The position numbers and the translations under genes are program-made. A DNA stretch of 64,000 bases, from the NCBI GenBank assembly GCA_022627495.1, contig JAKEGJ010000004.1, positions 622 to 64,621 on the forward strand, given 5' to 3'. The first letter of the stretch is position 1. Each line of letters starts with the position of its first letter. Shown here one piece after another: positions 58,722 through 64,000 of this stretch. This DNA is from Candidatus Micrarchaeota archaeon. Its GTDB lineage: Archaea > Micrarchaeota > Micrarchaeia > Anstonellales > Bilamarchaeaceae. Under the pieces are notes generated by a model. The model did not search any database. It was not told the DNA's origin and was given only the letters and a program-made list of their open reading frames with translations.

Positions 58722-60530
58722 CTAGGATATATTGCTTGCTATTTCCCATCTGGCCCGCTCAAGGAGGCGAAGATACTCCTGCGCGTCGATTTCCTCCAAT
58801 CTGGCAAGCTCGACCCGGCGAGGGCCGTAAACCGTATGCACGAAATCAACCGACTTCCTGCCGTCTGGCTTCTCCCGGTAGGCGATGACGTGCGCCTGCT
58901 CGGTCTTGTACTCGCGCTGGCGCATGCGCTTGTGGATGGAAAGGTCATCAAGCGCCAGCTTCTTCGACAGGAGAAGCTCCTTGTGCCTGGCGTAGACCTG
59001 CCGAAATGAGGCGAAATCGCCGGAAAAGTATGCGGGAATGGCCTCCTCCTGGTATCTCTTGAGGAATTCCGGGGCGTCGGAGTGGCGGAGCGCAATTCCC
59101 CGCGCCTCAATCTTCCCGTCCGCAGTGATTCCAAAATACCGATTAGCCGCCCCTGAGCCGTCATAGGAAGGCAAAAACTTGATTTTCGAGAATACACAGT
59201 CCAAAACCAGCTCGATTCCGGTCTCGTCCGAAACCCGGGATGCAAAACCATCGAATTTTTGGTTTGGTTCGCTCGAACTCGCACTCGGGTCCGAAACAAA
59301 TACAGAATCGACAATCCCGTACAGGACATCCAGGCCCTCTTCCTCGGCAATCGCCTTCGTCCTTTCCAGTATCACCCGCCCCATCAGCATAACGCATTCC
59401 TTGCACTCGACATTCGAGAAAACGAAATTGTTGTAGCCGAGATATCCGAAACAGCAGACCAGAATCCCCTTCAAGGCCTTCTGCCGGGCGTCCAGGTCTG
59501 CGCTGAACCCTTCCTCGCGAATCCTATGCTTCAGTTCCAGCCGCCGAAGCAGCACGGCTTCGATGCCATCTGGAATTATGCCTCTTTTTTTACAGACGCG
59601 CCATCCGCAGACTGGGAGGATTTCGTCGTTTCCGCACTCGCAGTGCATGGTTTCCGGGCTGATGTTGTGCCTGACAATCACGTGCGGATACATGCTGGAG
59701 AAATCGCACTTCCCGACGTTAGAATAGACGCCGGGCCTGGGATAGAATATCGTCCCACCTCTATCCATCCTCCGGAGCATCTCCAGGGTTTTGGGTTTTT
59801 CCATTTCTTTCTTTTTGTCCGGAATCAGATAGCCCCGTGCTTTGGCGGCCCTCATATGCAGGAACGTATTCAGCTTTCCTGGCGTGACCCTGCACACCAC
59901 GTCCGGCTTCACACCGGTAAGCCGCGACAGTTCCATCACCCGCGCAAGGCGCGTGTCCCCTCCGTCATCCCCGTAGACGTCATAGTGTCCGCTCTCATCC
60001 AAATCAATGTGCACGGCATGCCGAAGAAAGCAGCCCATCTTCGAAACAAGCACGCCAGGGTATTTTTTTAGATAACTGTCCCCGCCATGGGTGAATACTA
60101 CGTCAGCATCCGGAATCCCATCCCCCTCCCGCATCCGGGCAATTCGCAACCCGCCTTCCGGTTCGAAGAACCGCAAGCCCTTCTCAAGGGCAAACCGATA
60201 GTGGTGTGGAATCGTCACTTCAGTCGTCTCCCCAAGACGGGAGACATCCAAAGCAACCCGCCTGAACCCGGAACACGGAACAAACACCCTCACCACCCGC
60301 TCCCGCTCGCATGCATGGATTTGGGGGTATTTTTCCTCAAGCGAACAGCGCGAAACCAAAGGATGTTTTTCCACGACATCGAGCGCGTAGTCAGGTTCGG
60401 GAGTGATGAGATAGAACGATGGGACGTATTCCGAGACGGTTTCGTTGGGTTGGTTGTTTTGCGAGCGGGGATAAACGAGGCGCATCTTGTCGCCCTCATG
60501 GATGATATTCACTAGCGCCCGCGCCTCCAT
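58722..60530 (-). CDS. polB2: Family B DNA polymerase, PolB2 group
   Basis: DFSSMYP, KGILVCCFGY, YGIVDS variant of YGDTDS; degenerate exonuclease region. Confidence 0.88.
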   Translation of the reverse strand: MEARALVNIIHEGDKMRLVYPRSQNNQPNETVSEYVPSFYLITPEPDYALDVVEKHPLVSRCSLEEKYPQIHACERERVVRVFVPCSGFRRVALDVSRLGETTEVTIPHHYRFALEKGLRFFEPEGGLRIARMREGDGIPDADVVFTHGGDSYLKKYPGVLVSKMGCFLRHAVHIDLDESGHYDVYGDDGGDTRLARVMELSRLTGVKPDVVCRVTPGKLNTFLHMRAAKARGYLIPDKKKEMEKPKTLEMLRRMDRGGTIFYPRPGVYSNVGKCDFSSMYPHVIVRHNISPETMHCECGNDEILPVCGWRVCKKRGIIPDGIEAVLLRRLELKHRIREEGFSADLDARQKALKGILVCCFGYLGYNNFVFSNVECKECVMLMGRVILERTKAIAEEEGLDVLYGIVDSVFVSDPSASSSEPNQKFDGFASRVSDETGIELVLDCVFSKIKFLPSYDGSGAANRYFGITADGKIEARGIALRHSDAPEFLKRYQEEAIPAYFSGDFASFRQVYARHKELLLSKKLALDDLSIHKRMRQREYKTEQAHVIAYREKPDGRKSVDFVHTVYGPRRVELARLEEIDAQEYLRLLERARWEIASNIS

Positions 60531-61130
60531 CTAGAGCCACCCGGAAAGGCGATACTGCCGGTCGCGGGGATACCTGAATACCGGGTCAGGAAGGCACGGA
60601 TGCTTCAGCACCTGCACGACGACATCCCGCGAAACGCCCACATCGATTATCACGGACGAGACCTGAGAAAGGTATTCGTGCAGATGCCCCACCCGCCGCT
60701 CCAGAATCACGCCTGTGGCCCGCTTCCGTATGCAGAGCTGGACGAACTTGCCGATTGCGTGCGTAATGCCTTGGGTGTTGTCAACATAGAGGTCCGAAAG
60801 CGAATCCAGCACAATCAGCTTGTACTCGCCCGGAACGTCCCAGTTCGCGGCCACATCGTTGTTGTCTCTAGTGAACGCCCGAAGCACATGCACGTTTTGC
60901 ATCGCCATCCGCGCATCAGCCCCGCAAACGCGCACAAACCGCTCGTAATCGAAGCTCCAGTACCTCTCATGGTAGTCGGACCACTGCAAATACAGCACGC
61001 CATCAGTCGCGTTCCTGGCCAGGAGGCGCCAAACGAGTTCAGAGAGCCAAACCGAATCGGCGCACCGGAGCGTGATAATCGCGTCAGTGCACAGAAGGGA
61101 GTCAAAGACGCGATTGCCCGTCCTTATCAT
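60531..61130 (-). CDS. Inactivated RadA/RecA-like protein
   Basis: IRTG...DSLL start, no Walker A, VLRAFT, LIVLDS Walker-B-like; upstream of polB2. Confidence 0.7.
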   Translation of the reverse strand: MIRTGNRVFDSLLCTDAIITLRCADSVWLSELVWRLLARNATDGVLYLQWSDYHERYWSFDYERFVRVCGADARMAMQNVHVLRAFTRDNNDVAANWDVPGEYKLIVLDSLSDLYVDNTQGITHAIGKFVQLCIRKRATGVILERRVGHLHEYLSQVSSVIIDVGVSRDVVVQVLKHPCLPDPVFRYPRDRQYRLSGWL

Positions 61131-61344
61131 TTTTCCCCTCCAGATGAACGAGCATCGCGAGCAGCATGGCTATGGCTATGTCGTCTTCGTCCGCGGCGTC
61201 TATGGCGGTCCTTCTTTCCCTTACGATTGCCAGAAGCCGGAGGAGCGCCTCCTTCTCCCGCCGGTCCAGGTGCGCCGAGAAATTCTTCCACCGCGACAGC
61301 CTCTCTTCGAGCCGGAAGCTCACCGAGGGGATTGTCCGTCCCAT
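61102..61344 (-). CDS. Small PolB2-associated protein (arCOG07300-like)
   Basis: MGRTIPS..W..F...L...EKE signature. Confidence 0.8.
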   Translation of the reverse strand: MGRTIPSVSFRLEERLSRWKNFSAHLDRREKEALLRLLAIVRERRTAIDAADEDDIAIAMLLAMLVHLEGKNDKDGQSRL

Positions 61345-61687
61345 GAATACAGCCCCAGCGCCCATACGAATAGCTCATTCCCAAGTGGGCGTGATGCCTT
61401 TTTGCGTGCACCCGCCACTTGGGAATTGATGACCGAATGAGAACGGGCTCTTCGGTCGGCTACATTGTTCATATCATCGCCTCTCGGGGCGGAACGCGCA
61501 ATCCGGCAAATAAAGCGTTGCGGGGCTCACCGCGTTTCCGCGGGCATGCCTTACAGCTAATATCGCATCCGCATCCTCGCATGGCTGTGCAAAGCCACAG
61601 CCCCGCCCGGTAAATCCTTATTAATCGAATATTTTCCGCATCCTCGTGGTGCATCCGAACTGAAAAATATCGAAAAGGCGGTGTGGA

Positions 61688-62041
61688 ATGGAACAAATCA
61701 CGGATCCGCGTTCGTTTCAGGGCCTGCTTAGGCAGAAAGAGCGCATAATCGTTTTCCGGAAGCACGCGCTCCAGCAAGCCAGGCTCCGGAATCTTGCCGT
61801 GGAAGGCGACACCGAGCTGGCGGTATTCCGCGAGGACCTCCTTGGGAAGGAGCCATACCTGGTGGTAGAACAAGCCTCGGAGATTCCAAAGGAAAGGAAA
61901 TTCAAGCTGTATTACCGCTGGCCGGAAGGCGGTTTCATAACCTACGTTGCATCAATCGACGGCCAAATCAGCCTGATAACCGTTTACCGCACAAGCAAGG
62001 CGCTTCAAAAGAAGATATATAAATGGCGGAAGAGAGGTTAA
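61688..62041 (+). CDS. DUF4258-like putative toxin
   Basis: IVFRKHA..; LITVY C-terminal motif; upstream of DUF2283. Confidence 0.55.
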   Translation: MEQITDPRSFQGLLRQKERIIVFRKHALQQARLRNLAVEGDTELAVFREDLLGKEPYLVVEQASEIPKERKFKLYYRWPEGGFITYVASIDGQISLITVYRTSKALQKKIYKWRKRG

Positions 62042-62045
62042 TCAT

Positions 62046-62378
62046 ATGAAGGTGCGATATGCTTATGACCCCGATGCCGATGCGATAAGCATAGCTGTCG
62101 GCAGCCGGAAATCCGATGCCACCATCGAGATGTCCGAGCGCATCCTAATCGATATAACCAACGACTGGAAGCTGGTGGGCATAGAAATCATCGATGCCAG
62201 CGCGGAAATCTCGCGGCTGTTCAACCGGGCGCTAAGCAAGGACGAGATAACGCATCTGCTGTGCGAAGTGCGGGAAGCGCCTGCAGACGAATACCTTGTG
62301 CAATTCAAGACACATCGGAGCGGCGAATCCGCAAACCTGCTAATCCCTCTTTATCGCAGCCCGATTACATGCGTCTAA
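62046..62378 (+). CDS. DUF2283 domain protein (putative antitoxin)
   Basis: YDPDADAISI..ILID...LVGIEIIDAS. Confidence 0.85.
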   Translation: MKVRYAYDPDADAISIAVGSRKSDATIEMSERILIDITNDWKLVGIEIIDASAEISRLFNRALSKDEITHLLCEVREAPADEYLVQFKTHRSGESANLLIPLYRSPITCV

Positions 62379-62388
62379 GGGTGTGGCG

Positions 62389-62502
62389 ATGCCCAAGAAG
62401 CCCGAAGCCGGACGCGTGATTGGCGAGGTTGATACGAAAGCGCTAGTCCGGAAACTGATTGTTGATTACGAAGGCATCATCGATTGCCTTGCGGACAAGT
62501 AA
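62389..62502 (+). CDS. Microprotein (37 aa), paralog of 1503-1634
   Basis: MPKKPEAGRVIGEVDTKALVRKLIVDYEGIIDCLADK, GGTG RBS. Confidence 0.7.
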   Translation: MPKKPEAGRVIGEVDTKALVRKLIVDYEGIIDCLADK

Positions 62503-62617
62503 TGTCCTGACCCGTCCGTTTCCGCAGGGAAAAAAATCCGCGGAAATCCTACCTCCTCGCGAATATTGCCTATCCTGAGTCTGCGCAGGCCGTGGATAAG
62601 GTGAAAAAAACGCGGTT

Positions 62618-63658
62618 TTAGGCCCAGTCGGATGACGCCAGGAGCGGCTGCGTGATAATGCCGGCCCTGACTGTCGGGTCTTCCGGCCCGATATCCCCGA
62701 GGCCGAAGCGCAGGGCCGGGATTTTCAAAAACAGCGCGGCTCCGGACTGCAGCTCCCTGCGCATCTCATCCATGCTCTGGAAGCGCCGCTCCGGCTCCTT
62801 CTCCAGCGCACGCATGGCAATCTCATCCGCTCTCTGGGGAAGCGATGGGTTCCTGGCGCTTGGCGGGGCGGGATTTTCGAATAATATCTTCCCCATGATC
62901 TGGGCCACCTCGTCACAGTCGATGGGAAGCGCCCCGCAGAGCATCCTGTACATGATTACTCCAACGGCGTATATGTCCGCCCTGTGGTCCGGCCTTATTC
63001 CCTTGAAGGCCTCCGGGGGTAGGTAATGGGGCGTGCCGATGATGTAGCCGTGCCTGGATTCGTGCAATTCCGCCTGCTCCTGGCCCGAGAAGCGGGAAAG
63101 GTCGAAATCGAATATCTTGACCGTTCCGTCCCGAAGTAGGAAAACGTTGTGGGGCTTGACATCCCGATGAATGATGCCCTTATCGTGGAGCGCCCCGAGC
63201 CCCGAGCAAATCTGTGCTAAAATCGGTATCGCATCCGCATACGGGACGGTGCCTTCCTGCGCGATATACCTGTCCAGGTCCATGCCTTCCAGGTATTCCA
63301 TGACGATAAAAGAATCCGCCCCGCAGGTGCCGGCGTCTTTCATGCTGACGACGTTCCGGTGCCTGACCTGGCTAAGGGCCTGTATCTCGCTCGTTATCCT
63401 CTTCGGGCTGACGGACCGGATTGTGTTGCCGTCCCTGATTTTCACCGCGACCGCTTCATTCCTCTTCGTGTCGGTGGCGAGGTAGACTGTGCCCATGCCC
63501 CCCCTGCCCACGATTTTTTCGAGCCGATACTGGCCGTTTACGAGCATGCCTGAGCGGTCGTCATAGTACGTCCGGTCGTGATGGTGCTTCTGGAATTCCC
63601 GCACTGTTCCGGATTTCCCCGGCAGGGCTGGGCCTATGCCTCTCTGCGTCAATTGCAT
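62618..63658 (-). CDS. Hanks-type Ser/Thr protein kinase
   Basis: GRGGMGTVY, VAVK, HRDVKPHN, DFD, GTPHYLPPE. Confidence 0.92.
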   Translation of the reverse strand: MQLTQRGIGPALPGKSGTVREFQKHHHDRTYYDDRSGMLVNGQYRLEKIVGRGGMGTVYLATDTKRNEAVAVKIRDGNTIRSVSPKRITSEIQALSQVRHRNVVSMKDAGTCGADSFIVMEYLEGMDLDRYIAQEGTVPYADAIPILAQICSGLGALHDKGIIHRDVKPHNVFLLRDGTVKIFDFDLSRFSGQEQAELHESRHGYIIGTPHYLPPEAFKGIRPDHRADIYAVGVIMYRMLCGALPIDCDEVAQIMGKILFENPAPPSARNPSLPQRADEIAMRALEKEPERRFQSMDEMRRELQSGAALFLKIPALRFGLGDIGPEDPTVRAGIITQPLLASSDWA

Positions 63659-63842
63659 GTAATAAAATATGTTTAAAAGTGTTAATAAATGTTGTGTATT
63701 AAGATGATTTTATATGTAAATAGACCGGAGAGCCGCGGAAATCCGCTGTCTTCCTGAATAAATACCCCAACCCCAGGAGCATACGTGCCGGAAGGTTAAC
63801 GTAATAATATGTTTATAAACGTATTGCACGTAATAAACATCT

Positions 63843-64000
63843 ATGGTAAGCATAACCCTGGCCGTTCCGGCGGAGCTGAAAAAAGAGATGGATGAATACC
63901 CGGAAATCAACTGGTCAGCCGTGGCTAGGGAAGCTATCAAGGGCAAGCTCGTGATACTTAGGAAGTTCCGCGAGTTCTCGCGCGAGAGCGAACTCACCGA
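63843..64000 (+). CDS. Ribbon-helix-helix (CopG-like) antitoxin, partial
   Basis: MVSITLAVPAELKKEMDEYPEINWSAVAREAI; runs off the window edge. Confidence 0.75.
   Translation, partial: MVSITLAVPAELKKEMDEYPEINWSAVAREAIKGKLVILRKFREFSRESELT

Noticed and set aside
61430-61620. Hairpins upstream of the PolB2 operon and a 134-aa ORF
   Set aside because: Stems are short and expected in GC-rich DNA; the ORF is antisense to the toxin-like gene
1-64000. CRISPR array, tRNA genes, inteins
   Set aside because: No regularly spaced repeats, no cloverleaf with a T-loop consensus, and AtpA/PolB lengths show no intein

Overview
Archaeal chromosomal segment, most likely DPANN/Micrarchaeota-like (inferred from the A-type ATPase operon, Alba, Rpl15e, Dph2, AglH, form II/III RuBisCO, an unlinked 23S rRNA gene and the PolB2 cassette). 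The core region (~2.4-54.7 kb) holds RuBisCO, a geranylgeranyl reductase flanked by two paralogous tocopherol-cyclase/CrtC-like genes, an ArsR-thioredoxin-permease operon, purD-like/purC, HMG-CoA reductase, a PiT system, a full atpHIKECFABD operon, ppsA and a GIDE-GIDE-LemA cluster. Accessory material lies at both ends: an IS66 fragment with Doc and RmuC genes at the left; IS630, an SRAP/PolB2 cassette, a DUF4258-DUF2283 pair and a Ser/Thr kinase at the right. The most notable signals not in the ORF track are: (1) a 50-nt bulge-helix-bulge intron in 23S helix 89; (2) two paralogous 37-43 aa microproteins 60 kb apart, each behind a toxin-antitoxin-like module; (3) a ~230-nt structured RNA candidate with its own TATA box at 14.3-14.55 kb; (4) a multi-hairpin element in the hmgA leader; (5) an apparent 11-aa in-frame deletion in RuBisCO between GNV repeats; (6) a duplicated promoter and palindromic operator upstream of phoU. 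All calls come from reading motifs by eye; no database search or folding program was run.
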